From an uncultured Gemmatimonadales bacterium (GTDB lineage: Bacteria > Gemmatimonadota > Gemmatimonadetes > Gemmatimonadales > GWC2-71-9): 64,000 bases of DNA. Positions 7,306 to 17,905 of this stretch are shown piece after piece. The notes beneath the pieces were generated by a model that did no database searches, was not told the origin of the DNA, and saw only the letters and a list, made by a program, of their open reading frames with translations. The position numbers were made by a program, and so were the translations under genes. The stretch is taken from NCBI GenBank assembly GCA_963771275.1, contig CAVYSW010000009.1:160001-224000 (forward strand), given 5' to 3'. How positions within the stretch are numbered: the first letter of the stretch is position 1; each line of letters starts with the position of its first letter.

Positions 7306-9657
7306 TCAGGAACCCCACTTTTCGAGCTGCACTTCGCACAGCACCCCGTCAAGCTCGTTGAACCGTACGTCCTTCGGCTCAAACGGCATCAGCGGGAGGT
7401 CGATCTCGGAGACCGGTCCGCGCACGGTGACCCGCAGCCGGGCGAATCGGTTGTTCCCGAGATCCACGGAGACGGGCACCGGCATGGTGAAATCGTCCGG
7501 GACACCGGATTGACGAACCCGCAGCCGCACCCGCCACTTGCCGCCTTCGGCCGGCTGGCTGCGCCAGGCGACCGTGTACGTCGGGATCGCGGTGCCATCC
7601 ACCCACTCGTTGAAGAACCACTCCATCGGCTGGCCCATATGCTGCTCGACGACCCGCCGGAGATCCGTCGTCGAGGCGCGGCCGCCGGCGTGCGCCTGAT
7701 AGAAATCCCGCAGCACCCCCGAGAATTCGTCCTCGCTGACGGTCTGCAGATCGAGCAGGAGAATGCGCAGCATGTGCAGCACCCACGCGCCCTTGCGGTA
7801 CACCATCAGGTCGTAGCCGCCCGGGGAGCTGCTCGAGGCGGTCCGGTAGCCCAGCGAGATCGGGCCGACCTCCGCCTCCTCCCCACTCACCCCCCGCTTC
7901 GCCAGCAGCTCATCGCGCCAGCGCCGCAGCATCCCGAAGTAGAGCTCGTTGTCCCGTCGCGCAGTCTGGAGATACCACAACCCGGAGAACTCCGCGAACC
8001 CCTCGCTGAGCCACTGGTCGTGATACGTGGCGAAGTCCACGCCGATGCCCCACCACTGATGCGCGACTTCATGGGCGCGGAACTGCGCCTCGTACCCCTT
8101 CCTGTCGGGAACCGGCTCGAAGGTGGCCCACGAGAGATGCAGCAGGCCCGGGAACGCCTCGCCGTGGCCGTACGGGATCTCGGTCGCGTAGAACCGCCGC
8201 TCCGGCAGCGCGCCGAACACACGGCTGAAGAACTGGAGGCTCAAGCCAAGGTCCTGAGCGACGCCGCGCATGTTCACTTTGCTGGCGCCGAGCCGCCCCA
8301 GCAGTCGGCCGATCGCGCGGTGGCCCTCCTCCGACGCCAGCAGGGTCACCGGCGGCCCACTATCCGCGCCCGCCTCGAGGGCCTGGAACTGGCCGATGTT
8401 GAACGAGGCGTTGCGCATCGGGGTGCGGACGACCCAATGGCTGGTGACGACGTTCCCCTCGGTGTGCTCCTCGATCCGCTCACCGACGCTGGCCAGGCCG
8501 TAGCTCTGCGGGCTGTGGTACGTAAGGTCGAAGGTCGCGAGGCTGCGGCCCTCGAAGGAGCGCGGGTACCAGAAGGCCGACGACTTGATGAAAAAGAAGG
8601 ACGCGAGGCGATCGATGAGATCGCCGTGGTAGAAGACCTCGAGGCTGAGCGAGTCCCCGGCCTGGAGGGGCGCCGGAAGCCGGATCCACATGACCGGGTC
8701 TTTCTTGGGCTTGGCGACGATCGCCGGCTGATCGCCCTCCCATCGCGCCGAGTCCACGGTGAGCTCGGGATAGAGCATCAGCGGTACCCACGGGCCCACG
8801 GTCCGATCGGGGGTCAGCTCGAGCCGGGCTCGGGCCGCGAAGCCGAGGCTCCCAATGGTGCTCCGCGACAGCCAGGTCTCGATTGCGTAGTGCCGGACCA
8901 GCGCCTCCGCCGTGCGCTCCCGCGCGGGCAAAGGGTTGTCGCGATCGGCGGCCGGGGGGAACTGGGCAATCACTTCGGACACCCGCTGGCCCCGCACCTT
9001 GGCCCGTCGCAGCAAGCTCACGCCCTCGACCGCGTAGGGATTGACCGTGAACATCAGCGGCTCGCCGCGTCGCGCGATGTGCGCGTAGAAGAACGCGTTG
9101 ACCTCCCCGTTGAGGAGGGGGCGGAGCAGATCCGGATCGATGGCCTTCGACTCCTCGTCGGTCAGGTAGGCAAACGCATCCCGGACGGCGGACCCGGCCT
9201 CCGCGTGTTGCGCCTGCGGGCCGAACGTGAGCCGCGACTCGAGCTCGCGCAGGGTGGTGTCCGCGAACAGCAGCACGAGGGCCGTGAACGGCTCGGCGAC
9301 CTCGCGGTGCTTGAGGAACCGCTCGATCTGGTCCTGCTCCGCCCGCGACGGGGCGCTGAACGCGAACGTCCCGCGGCCGACGAACACGGCGCCCACCGTG
9401 CGACCACCCACCGGAGACAGGAGGTAGAGCGTGCCGGCTTCGAGCGTGAACCGGCCCGCTTCCCGCTCGATCACCAACTGCGCGACGTCGGCCACCCGAC
9501 CCGGTGCCGGGCGCAGATCGCGCAGGGCCGCGACGATCTCGTCAGTGCTCCCGGCCGGCTGGAGCGCCGGCGTCGCCTGGCCCGTTGCTGGGGATGTGAG
9601 GCCTACCGGAAGCGCCACAAGGGACAGGACTCGGCAGAGGAAGGCACGGCGGCGCAC
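7306..9657 (-). CDS. Secreted M1-family (gluzincin) aminopeptidase
   Basis: Signal peptide; AHEVAHQWWG ... WLSEGFAEF (HExxH-x18-E); YRKGAWVLHMLR. Confidence 0.85.
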   Translation of the reverse strand: MRRRAFLCRVLSLVALPVGLTSPATGQATPALQPAGSTDEIVAALRDLRPAPGRVADVAQLVIEREAGRFTLEAGTLYLLSPVGGRTVGAVFVGRGTFAFSAPSRAEQDQIERFLKHREVAEPFTALVLLFADTTLRELESRLTFGPQAQHAEAGSAVRDAFAYLTDEESKAIDPDLLRPLLNGEVNAFFYAHIARRGEPLMFTVNPYAVEGVSLLRRAKVRGQRVSEVIAQFPPAADRDNPLPARERTAEALVRHYAIETWLSRSTIGSLGFAARARLELTPDRTVGPWVPLMLYPELTVDSARWEGDQPAIVAKPKKDPVMWIRLPAPLQAGDSLSLEVFYHGDLIDRLASFFFIKSSAFWYPRSFEGRSLATFDLTYHSPQSYGLASVGERIEEHTEGNVVTSHWVVRTPMRNASFNIGQFQALEAGADSGPPVTLLASEEGHRAIGRLLGRLGASKVNMRGVAQDLGLSLQFFSRVFGALPERRFYATEIPYGHGEAFPGLLHLSWATFEPVPDRKGYEAQFRAHEVAHQWWGIGVDFATYHDQWLSEGFAEFSGLWYLQTARRDNELYFGMLRRWRDELLAKRGVSGEEAEVGPISLGYRTASSSSPGGYDLMVYRKGAWVLHMLRILLLDLQTVSEDEFSGVLRDFYQAHAGGRASTTDLRRVVEQHMGQPMEWFFNEWVDGTAIPTYTVAWRSQPAEGGKWRVRLRVRQSGVPDDFTMPVPVSVDLGNNRFARLRVTVRGPVSEIDLPLMPFEPKDVRFNELDGVLCEVQLEKWGS

Positions 9658-9767
9658 AGGAACCTCCCGGGACGTGGGAAGAGCGGCACCAGTGGGGTCT
9701 TCGAGTATGGCACCGGTTCCGTGCGCCGTCCATGGGCAGATGCGCGACGATGGGCCGCCCGCCCGCG

Positions 9768-10202
9768 CTACGAGGGTGGTGGCTCCCCGATGGTCACCGT
9801 GTCGGGCCCGGCGATCCGCACGACGTGACAGCGGCAGGGCTCAGGGGTCGCAAACACGAAATCGGCCGTGAACGACGCGCCACCCACCGTGCCGGTGACC
9901 CGGACGACGTCGCCGCCGCTCGAGAGCTCGTCGCGCAGGCCGTCGTCCGCCACGTCGTACACGCCCGGCGCCAGCAATCCCAGCCACCCGGGCTCGAGCA
10001 CGCGGCCGGTCCGGAGATTGGTGCGCGTGAGCGCCACGCCGTTCTGGGGCTGCGAGGCGTCGTCGAGCACGGTCACCGTGTACACGCGAAACTCCTCGGT
10101 GCAGGCGCAGGCGCGCAGCGGATCGTCGCAGCCCGGGCTGGGCGCGACGGCCACGGCGAGGGCAAGGAGCGGGACCAACCGAGCGAGCGTCATGCGGGCC
10201 AT
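9768..10202 (-). CDS. Hypothetical Cys-containing lipoprotein
   Basis: Hydrophobic N-terminus ending PGC, CACTEEFR and PCRCHV motifs. Confidence 0.65.
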   Translation of the reverse strand: MARMTLARLVPLLALAVAVAPSPGCDDPLRACACTEEFRVYTVTVLDDASQPQNGVALTRTNLRTGRVLEPGWLGLLAPGVYDVADDGLRDELSSGGDVVRVTGTVGGASFTADFVFATPEPCRCHVVRIAGPDTVTIGEPPPS

Positions 10203-10351
10203 TCGTGCCTCCCTGCCGAGGTTACCCGGCTCGCGGTCGCGAGGTCACACCCGACCGCCCGGGTCCGCGCCCAGCCGGGCGACCGCGAGCATCCTCCCGT
10301 GACCCAACGCCGGTCTGTACCTTTCGCGGTCCCCCGGAGTGAAAGGCCCCG

Positions 10352-12097
10352 ATGCGACGCCACCTCTCCCCAGCCTTGAGCGTCCTGCTCACTATACTCG
10401 CCACTCTCACGGTGCCGGCCGGTTCCTTGGCCGCGCAGCGTCCCGACTCGGCACGCGCCGACACGACTCCGTCCCGGCCGGTCATCACGAAGGCGACGCT
10501 CCAAGCGGCCCTGGACCTCATCGGTCTCACCTACTCGGATTCCGAGCTCGCGCTGCTGCTCCAGTCGCGCGGCCAGTTCGGCAACGACTTCACGGGCCGC
10601 GGCGACCGCCGCAACGCGTGGGACGCCCTCCGGGCGGTCCCGCTGCCCAACGCCGTGCCGCCGGCGCTGTTCTTCCAGCCGCTCCCGCCGGCTGTTCCGA
10701 TCGCGAACCGGGCGCCGCGTTTCGCGTCGGCCGCCAAGGGCCTCAAGCGACCCGAGCACCTGGAGGACGTGGCGTTCTGGTCGATCACGGACCTCGCGGC
10801 ACTGCTCAAGAGCCGGCAGGTGACGTCGGTCGAGCTCACCACGATGTACCTCGACCGGCTCAAGCGCTACGACTCGGTGCTGCACGCCGTCGTGACGCTC
10901 ACCGACAGCCTTGCGCTCGCGCAGGCGCGCCGCGCCGACCAGGAGATCGCGGCCGGGCACTACCGCGGGCCGCTGCACGGCATCCCGTACGGGGTGAAAG
11001 ACCTCTACGCCGTGCCCGGCTATCCCACCACCTGGGGTGCGGAGCCGTACCTGGACCAGGTGCTGGACGAAACGGCGACCCCGGTGCGGAAGCTCGAGGA
11101 AGCTGGCGCGGTGTTGCTGGCCAAGCTCAGCACCGGGGCGCTGGCGATGGGCGACGTATGGTTTCGCGACACGACCCGCAACCCGTGGAATCCCGCGCAG
11201 GGATCGAGCGGCTCGTCGGCCGGGCCGGCCGCGGCCGTCTCGGCGGGACTCGTGCCGTTCGCGCTCGGCACCGAGACGCTGGGCTCGATCGTCTCGCCGG
11301 CCACGCGTACCGGCGTCACGGGCCTCCGCCCCAGCTTCGGGCGGGTGAGCCGGGCGGGCGTGATGGCATTGTCCTGGTCGATGGACAAGGCGGGCCCGCT
11401 GTGCCGCAGCGCAGAGGACTGCGCGCTCGTGCTCGACGCAGTCCGGGGCAGCGATCCCGGTGATCCGTCCGCGGTGGACGTGCCGTTCCCGTACGACGCG
11501 GGGGCCAGGCTCTCGGGGCTCAAGATCGGCTATCTCAAGTCCGCGTTCGACGGCGAACGCCGCGGCGCCGATCTCGATCGGCAGGTGCTCGAGGTGCTCC
11601 GCGGGCTCGGCGTCGAGCTGATCCCGCTCGAGCTGCCGGACCGGCCGGCGCAGGCGGTGCGGATCGTGCTGAGCGCCGAGGCGGCGGCCGCGTTCGACGA
11701 GCTCACCCGCTCGGGCCGCGACAGCCTGATGGTCCGGCAGGACGCGGGCGCCTGGCCCAACTCGTTCCGCTCGGCCCGCTTCATTCCGGCGGTCGAGTAC
11801 ATCCAGGCGAATCGCGTGCGGCGGCTGCTGCAGGAGGACATGCGGGCGCTGCTCAAGGGCATCGACGTGTACGTGTCGCCCGCGACCGCCGGCGCCAACC
11901 TGCTCGTCACGAATCTCACGGGCCACCCGTGCGTCGCCGTGCCGGACGGCTTCCTCGACGAGAAGTCGCCGGCGAGCATCACGTTCTGCGGCCGGATGTA
12001 CGGGGAGGCCGAGATGCTCGAGGTGGCGCGCGCGTATCAGGCGGCGACGCCGTGGGACGAGCGGCACCCCGCGGCGTTCGGCGGACGCTCCCCGTAA
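10352..12097 (+). CDS. Secreted amidase-signature family enzyme
   Basis: GPLHGIPYGVKD, GSSGSSAG, GTETLGSIVSP; N-terminal signal peptide. Confidence 0.9.
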   Translation: MRRHLSPALSVLLTILATLTVPAGSLAAQRPDSARADTTPSRPVITKATLQAALDLIGLTYSDSELALLLQSRGQFGNDFTGRGDRRNAWDALRAVPLPNAVPPALFFQPLPPAVPIANRAPRFASAAKGLKRPEHLEDVAFWSITDLAALLKSRQVTSVELTTMYLDRLKRYDSVLHAVVTLTDSLALAQARRADQEIAAGHYRGPLHGIPYGVKDLYAVPGYPTTWGAEPYLDQVLDETATPVRKLEEAGAVLLAKLSTGALAMGDVWFRDTTRNPWNPAQGSSGSSAGPAAAVSAGLVPFALGTETLGSIVSPATRTGVTGLRPSFGRVSRAGVMALSWSMDKAGPLCRSAEDCALVLDAVRGSDPGDPSAVDVPFPYDAGARLSGLKIGYLKSAFDGERRGADLDRQVLEVLRGLGVELIPLELPDRPAQAVRIVLSAEAAAAFDELTRSGRDSLMVRQDAGAWPNSFRSARFIPAVEYIQANRVRRLLQEDMRALLKGIDVYVSPATAGANLLVTNLTGHPCVAVPDGFLDEKSPASITFCGRMYGEAEMLEVARAYQAATPWDERHPAAFGGRSP

Positions 12098-12183
12098 CTC
12101 ACCGGTCCGAGGAACGGCGGAGGGGGTGCGCTGCTGGCCGGCGTCCGGTGGAGCTCTTAGCTTAGGGCGGAAGGCGGTCCGAC

Positions 12184-12654
12184 ATGGGCACGGCCCCACC
12201 GGGGAAGCAGGAGGCGGGCATCATCGGGCGGACCTTGCGCCTGATGCTCGCTCTGCTGCTGGGCTTCATGACCTACACGGTCACGCGCACCGAAGACAAG
12301 AGCTTTAGCCTTCGGCTGCTGACGGCGTTCGGATGCGTGACCGTGTTCTACGCGGTCGTGCATCTCGTGCTCCGCCGGTACGGCACCGGCCTCCACCGCT
12401 GGTACGGTGCCCTTGGGGCGCTGGCCCCCCTCGTCCTGGCATTCGCGCTCGGTGGGCTGCTCGGCCGGTCGGTGGCGTCCGCCTATCTCGGCCTCTCGCT
12501 CCTGCTGCAGACGTTCCGCGGCGACGGCGGCTCGGAGGTCCTGGCAATCCCCGCAGCCCTGTTCCACCGGCCCACCCATCTCGCGGGCATTCTGTTCGCG
12601 CCCATCGATCTGGTGGAGAAGCACCTCACCGGCCCCGGTGGGCTGCCGGGGTAG
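12184..12654 (+). CDS. Hypothetical membrane protein
   Basis: Four hydrophobic segments, host-like codon usage, conserved-looking GGSEVLAIP...FAPID tail. Confidence 0.65.
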   Translation: MGTAPPGKQEAGIIGRTLRLMLALLLGFMTYTVTRTEDKSFSLRLLTAFGCVTVFYAVVHLVLRRYGTGLHRWYGALGALAPLVLAFALGGLLGRSVASAYLGLSLLLQTFRGDGGSEVLAIPAALFHRPTHLAGILFAPIDLVEKHLTGPGGLPG

Positions 12655-12697
12655 GCAGTCCCGCTCGTGCGAGCGGGACTGACCCGGAGGTCTCGCT

Positions 12698-13135
12698 TCA
12701 GCCCTTCACGAAGGTCGCGTGGAGCTGCGCGGGGATCTCTCCGTTTCCGAAGTCGAACATCAGGTCGGTACTGTGGACGGTGAGCGTCGTCCCCGACAGA
12801 CCCACGGTCATCTCCGTCCCGTCCGTCTCCCCGGTGCCCGTGAGGATCAAGAGGTCGCCCCCCTGCAACACCCACGTCCCGGTGGCCACGTCGGGCCCGA
12901 CCCCGGGGATCGTGGTCGTGACCGTATAGTCCCCGTTGGCGGCGATCACGATCTGGACCGAGCCACCCATCCCGATCACGTCGAAATCCATGACGGGATC
13001 GCCGAAGTCGGAGAACTTGAAGGCCGTGGCGTTCCACGTGCCGACCAGATCGGCCTCGGTCACGCCGGTGCTGTCCCCGCATCCCCAGGCGAGACCCGCC
13101 AGAAGCGGAATCGCCAACCACGATAGACGTCGCAC
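12698..13135 (-). CDS. Lipocalin-like lipoprotein
   Basis: GGAGG RBS, GTG start, LLAGLAWGC lipobox, DLVGTW motif, beta-rich. Confidence 0.7.
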   Translation of the reverse strand: MRRLSWLAIPLLAGLAWGCGDSTGVTEADLVGTWNATAFKFSDFGDPVMDFDVIGMGGSVQIVIAANGDYTVTTTIPGVGPDVATGTWVLQGGDLLILTGTGETDGTEMTVGLSGTTLTVHSTDLMFDFGNGEIPAQLHATFVKG

Positions 13136-13368
13136 GCAATCCTCCCAGGTAAGGGAAATCGACCACGCCAACTTGCGATGGGTCCAGATCAAGGAATGCT
13201 GAAAGGGCGCTGAATGCTGTGTGAAGGACGCTGGGTGGATCATGAAGCGGGTCCTGATCCGTCCCTGACTCGCTTGCTGTCCGCATGATGTCGGACTCGC
13301 GTCGGGATCACGAGCAGCGCCGCGCCGAGGAGCAGCGCGGCCCGCTGGTGGTCGCCTTCGTCCTCTGC

Positions 13369-13821
13369 TTACTTCACTACGAGTATCGTCACGATCACGG
13401 CTATCAGCACCAGCGCCAGCGTCGAAATCACGATGGTGTTGGGGGGCGGAGGCGCCGGCGACGCTGCGGCACTGCCATCGAGGATGCTTGGCACCTCAGG
13501 GACGAGGCGCGGTCCGGCCAGCGGTGCGCTCGGGGAGCCGGCTTGCGCCGCGCTCGACTCCGGCCGCGGTGGGCGTCGCAGCCGCGGCGCTCAGCCCGGC
13601 GACCAGGATGAGGGCAGCGCGATCCGCAGGGCTCGACCACTGGATCAGTCGGAGTCCCAAAGGAACACTGGGTGTGGGCGCGAGTGCCCTGCTCACCGGC
13701 GCGCTGCCACGGGGGTGGCGGCCTGCTGGGCCGCGGTTGGTGTGGCTGCGGCGATCAGGAGCGCAGCGACCGACGCGACGACGGCAAGTCGTGCCAGTCG
13801 GTGCTTCATTGCAGGTTTCAT
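13369..13821 (-). pseudogene. Disrupted small exported/membrane-anchored protein with internal duplication
   Basis: MKPAMKHRLARLAVVASVAALLIAAATPTAAQQ then stop; second AAATPTAA segment; separate-frame C-terminal anchor NTIVISTLALVLIAVIVTILVVK*. Confidence 0.45.
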
Positions 13822-13915
13822 CGGACTCTCCTAACGGGGTTCCATGTGAGAGACGACATACAGCTCCTGACGTACGGCTTCGTTGCTCGAGGACTTCGGG
13901 GTCGAGGACTCCGGT

Positions 13916-14254
13916 TCAAGATGGCTGCTCCGCCTCCGGCGACGGCGCCTCGTCGTCGGCGAGCACCATCGGCGCGGTAACCGAGAAACCCGCCCTCAAC
14001 TGCGTTAGCCGGCCCTCGAGTCGGCGGTTGACCTCACGACTCTGGTCGGCGCTGTCGCTCACGACCAGGAGGTGCGTGACCCGCTGCTCAGAAACCAGCT
14101 TGCCAGTCCACGTGCGCGCCGCCCGCCGTGCGTCCGAGTGCTCCGTCTCGAGAAGAACTCGGATCGCGTTCAGCTGGTCCTCCGCTTGTGGTGGCACGAT
14201 CTCATAGGCGTACGCCCACAGGGTCTTTGCGGCGCTTCTTCGCGCTTTCGCCAT
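13916..14254 (-). CDS. Hypothetical protein
   Basis: GAGGAG RBS, 112 aa with globular composition, co-oriented with neighbours. Confidence 0.65.
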   Translation of the reverse strand: MAKARRSAAKTLWAYAYEIVPPQAEDQLNAIRVLLETEHSDARRAARTWTGKLVSEQRVTHLLVVSDSADQSREVNRRLEGRLTQLRAGFSVTAPMVLADDEAPSPEAEQPS

Positions 14255-14275
14255 CGTACGCTCCTCACGTGTCCA

Positions 14276-14359
14276 TCATGCATTGCTCTTCTTGCGAGCA
14301 AGCAGCAGGGCGGTACCGGCCACGATCAGCAGGATCGCTCCGATCTTGAGTCCGCTCAT
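14276..14359 (-). pseudogene. 27-aa membrane peptide, probably an internally deleted small membrane protein
   Basis: GGAGG RBS; MSGLKIGAILLIVAGTALLLARKKSNA*; below the ORF-track cutoff. Confidence 0.45.
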
Positions 14360-14419
14360 CTCGCTTCCTCCGGCAAGAACCCTGGCTGGGGATGGCCGGG
14401 CCGCCGTGTAGTGATCCTC

Positions 14420-15067
14420 TCACTTGGCCGCGACGGTCAACCGCTGCTTCAAGGTCAGGATCAGGTGCGTCCCCGCGGGCAGCACGATATCCACGTCCTT
14501 GATGGCCGCGGAGACGGCGACCCCGGCGGCGGCGCCGACCACGCCGCCGACAATTGTCCCCGTCGCGTTCCCGCCGATCACCCGGCCCAGGATCGCGCCG
14601 GCCGCTGCGCCCCCGGCTACCCGGGCGGCGTCCATGGTGCTGATCCCCTGTCCCTGTCTGGTCGTCGCGAGGGAGTCGATCGAAGCCTTGATGTCGTACG
14701 TCTTTCCGCGCACCGTCACGCTCGAGACGGCCAGCGTGAGCGTGCCCGTGGCGCCGGCGTTGGGAGCGGAGCTCACCTCTGTGATGGTCCCATGCACTGT
14801 CGAGCCGGCGGGGATCACCGCCAGGCCGTCGGCGTTCTTGACGTCCTCCACCACGCTCGCCGTGAACGCGTCGCCCGCCTTCGCCTGGCGCGAGCTGATT
14901 TCGTTGGTGATCGCCGCGTCAACCAGCGTGCCTGCGGCGAGGTTGTAGCTCGCCGACGCGGTGGACATCGAACCGCCAGAACGGTCGGTCGATTCGCCCT
15001 TGGCGCAGGCGGCAAGAAGAACCAGGGAAATGGCCAGAACCGGGCCGTACGGTGTCGTGGAAGTCAT
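14420..15067 (-). CDS. Lipoprotein with glycine-zipper hairpin (TrbI/VirB10-like beta domain possible)
   Basis: LVLLAAC lipobox; IPAGSTVHG; GGAAAGAILGRVIGG...GGVVGAAAG; LPAGT. Confidence 0.75.
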   Translation of the reverse strand: MTSTTPYGPVLAISLVLLAACAKGESTDRSGGSMSTASASYNLAAGTLVDAAITNEISSRQAKAGDAFTASVVEDVKNADGLAVIPAGSTVHGTITEVSSAPNAGATGTLTLAVSSVTVRGKTYDIKASIDSLATTRQGQGISTMDAARVAGGAAAGAILGRVIGGNATGTIVGGVVGAAAGVAVSAAIKDVDIVLPAGTHLILTLKQRLTVAAK

Positions 15068-15136
15068 GGGTGCTGCCCTCCGTCTCGTGTAAAGGACGCA
15101 GTCGGGTTTCTGATGTCTGTGCACGCCCAAGTCGGT

Positions 15137-16591
15137 CTAGGGGAGCGGCTGTCCCACGACCCACTTGATGAGCCGGCCCGGTTCGAGTGGTGCCTGGGGC
15201 TCGACCTGGTTGATCAGCGCCAGCATCGCGGCGGAAGCCGGCGAGGGCCGCAGCCGCGCGAGCGCCTCGATCGTCGTGCGCCGGTCGAGCGTCACGATGT
15301 CCAGGCGCTGCGGCTGCACGTTCAGCGCCGCGGGATCGGTCAGGGGCTGGAAGCTCCGCAGCGCGCGCTCGGCAGTCGCCTGGTAGGTGGGCCAACTCGC
15401 CTCGGGCGCGTAGCCGATGAGCCCGAATACCACTCCGCGGTGCTCGACGAACAGCACCGTCCCCCTGAGGGTGCCGTCCGCGGTCGCCGCACTGAAGGGC
15501 GCGCTCACCGCCGGGAGCCCGCTCAGGCTCGCGCGGGACGGGGCGCCGCCCGTGATTCCCTGCTGCGCGAGGAACGCGCGGGACGCCGCATCGGCACTCG
15601 TCCCCAGCGCGAGCGATAGCTCGACCACCGCATCTTTCCCGGGGCTCACCGCGACGACTGCCTGCTTCCCGTTCTGGGTGGCCCACCCCACAGGGAGGGT
15701 GAGCTGAAACCGCATGTCGGGATGGAAGTACTGACTACCCTTGAAGTACCCCTCGCGCGGGTTGTTGCCGAACACCTGGCCGTCGAGCCGGCGCAGGTAC
15801 GAGTCGCGATTGACGACGGTGCCGGAGAAATTCTGCGGCAGCGCGGCGATCTGTCCGTTGATGGCGGCGAAACGGTTCGCTGGACTGGGGTGCGTCGCGA
15901 GCCACGTGGGGAGGCGGCTGCCGCCCTCCGCCGCGCTGAGCTGGTCGAGCATCTGGAACACCGCGGGCATCTGACGGGGATCGTAGTTGGCGCGGCGCAT
16001 GTAGCGCAGGCCGAGCTCGTCCGCCTGGCTCTCGTCGTCGCGGGAGAACTTGAGGTACAGGATCCCGAGCGCCTGATTCGCAACCCCCGCGTATTTCGCG
16101 ACCTGGGAGCTCGCCATGCTGCCGACTGCGAGACCCAGCCCCATGAGCTGCTGCTTGCTCATCTCGGCGGCCGTGTGCCGGGCCGTGACGTGGCCGATCT
16201 CGTGGCCCACGACGGAGGCCAGCTCCGCCTCGGAGGTGAGATGGGCGAGGAGTCCCCGCGTCACGTAGACAAAGCCGCCGGGGACGGCGAAGGCATTCAC
16301 CGCCGGGTCGTCCACCAGCCGGAACGTCCAGGGAAGATTGGGGCGCTCCGAGGTGGCGGCGAGCCGCGCGCCGAACTGTTGCAGGTAGCCTTGCCACGCG
16401 GCGTCCGGATAGAGCCCGATGGTCGCGATGACCGCCGTGTCCGCCTGCCGCCCCATCGCGATTTCCTGGGACTCGCTGACGAGCATGAGCTGATTCCGGC
16501 CCGTGGCCGGGTTCATGGCACAGCCGCTCGCGGCAAGGCCGGCGAGCAGCGCGAGCGCGCCGCGTGTCCGGACAGCTCTGATGAAGAACAT
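15137..16591 (-). CDS. M48-family zinc metalloprotease lipoprotein (BepA/YfgC-like)
   Basis: LAASGC lipobox; NAFAVPGG, GHEIGH, SRDDESQAD, THP. Confidence 0.9.
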   Translation of the reverse strand: MFFIRAVRTRGALALLAGLAASGCAMNPATGRNQLMLVSESQEIAMGRQADTAVIATIGLYPDAAWQGYLQQFGARLAATSERPNLPWTFRLVDDPAVNAFAVPGGFVYVTRGLLAHLTSEAELASVVGHEIGHVTARHTAAEMSKQQLMGLGLAVGSMASSQVAKYAGVANQALGILYLKFSRDDESQADELGLRYMRRANYDPRQMPAVFQMLDQLSAAEGGSRLPTWLATHPSPANRFAAINGQIAALPQNFSGTVVNRDSYLRRLDGQVFGNNPREGYFKGSQYFHPDMRFQLTLPVGWATQNGKQAVVAVSPGKDAVVELSLALGTSADAASRAFLAQQGITGGAPSRASLSGLPAVSAPFSAATADGTLRGTVLFVEHRGVVFGLIGYAPEASWPTYQATAERALRSFQPLTDPAALNVQPQRLDIVTLDRRTTIEALARLRPSPASAAMLALINQVEPQAPLEPGRLIKWVVGQPLP

Positions 16592-16599
16592 GTCGCGTC

Positions 16600-16758
16600 T
16601 CACCGCCTCGTGCGGCGCCACGGCAAGCGCGCGACGGAGAAAATCCCTGCCACGAGCAGGAGCGCGTACACGACACCGGTTCCGACGTGGAACACCCACC
16701 CGAGCAGCCATGCCGCCAAGAAGGCGCCTAATAGGACCAGCACGGTGGGTGTCTCCAT
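16600..16758 (-). CDS. Small membrane protein (lmo0937/DUF5670-like)
   Basis: METPTVLVLLGAFLAAWLLGWVFHVGTGVVYALLLVAGIFSVARLPWRRTRR, 52 aa; GAGG RBS; not in ORF track. Confidence 0.6.
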   Translation of the reverse strand: METPTVLVLLGAFLAAWLLGWVFHVGTGVVYALLLVAGIFSVARLPWRRTRR

Positions 16759-16997
16759 TCTGCGAACCTCTGGTGGTCACCCATGGATGGTCGCACCTTG
16801 TACTGCCGGAGAACATCGCTCGGCGGGATGAAAGACGACTTAGGCTCCGTGAACGAGCGCACGGATCCCCTGCCGTTCGAAAGAACTAGGCCGTTTGGCG
16901 GAGGGGCTCCCGACCAGCGGGAGGGGTTATGGAGGTGCTTCCATCGACCGAGCGGCCTTGGGCGCGTACGCGGCCAGCCGGCTCCTCCACCAACTCG

Positions 16998-17675
16998 CTA
17001 CGAGGCCTTCTCTCTGTGGGAATAGGCGGCGATCTGCAACCGCGTGTGCAGCGTCAACTTCTCCATGATGTTGCGGACGTGGCTCTTGACGGTATGGGTT
17101 GCGATGTGGAGCCGCGTGGCAATCTCCTTGTTGCTCAGCCCTTCCGCGATGAGGATGATCACTTCGCGTTCGCGCTGCGTCATGCGCACGGAATCGAGCA
17201 CTTCCGGCCGACCCTTGGCAACCGCGTCCCGCGCGATCTGGGAGAAGAGCGTTCCGGTCATCTGGGGCGGCAATACGTGCCCCCCATCCGCCACCGATCG
17301 GATGGCATGCACGAGATCTTCGAGGGTGGCATCCTTCATGATGAAGCCGGAAACGCCCGCGTGGACGAATTCCACGATGTCCTCGTGCACCGGGAGGAGA
17401 TCCATCACGATGACCTTGGCCTCCGGGAACTCTCTCTTGACCTTCTCCGCCACGCGCAGGCTGTCGCCGTTCCGCAGGCCGAGATCGAGGAGCACCACCT
17501 GAGGGTTCACGCGCTGCAGGAGCGACGTGTCGGCGCTGGACCCTCCGGCGACGACCCGGAAGTCTGGCAGTTGATTCAGTAGCGTGGCGATCCCCTCGCG
17601 CACCAGACGATTGTCTTCGATGAGCGCTACTGAAATCACGCCACGCGCTGGGGCAATCGGGGATGTCTCGCCCAT
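16998..17675 (-). CDS. NarL/LuxR-family response regulator
   Basis: LIEDN, VLLDL, FIMKD receiver residues; MTQREREV...GLSNKEIA...TVKSHV HTH. Confidence 0.92.
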   Translation of the reverse strand: MGETSPIAPARGVISVALIEDNRLVREGIATLLNQLPDFRVVAGGSSADTSLLQRVNPQVVLLDLGLRNGDSLRVAEKVKREFPEAKVIVMDLLPVHEDIVEFVHAGVSGFIMKDATLEDLVHAIRSVADGGHVLPPQMTGTLFSQIARDAVAKGRPEVLDSVRMTQREREVIILIAEGLSNKEIATRLHIATHTVKSHVRNIMEKLTLHTRLQIAAYSHREKAS

Positions 17676-17905
17676 GACCTTTACTCTCCCGGTCGCGATG
17701 CCACGAATATGGACGCCACCCGCCACTCGTCAACCCGGCAATGCCCGTCGAGCACTTGGGCTCGGGACGGACCAGGCGCCGAGAGGCGCTGCCACTCGCC
17801 AGCAGCCCCGCGAGCCTGGCGGCTCAGGTTCTACGACGTGAGAATCCGGCCAAGCACGGCGTGTGTCACGCTGATGTCCTGGCCCGGTAACGGGGATTCC
17901 GCCAG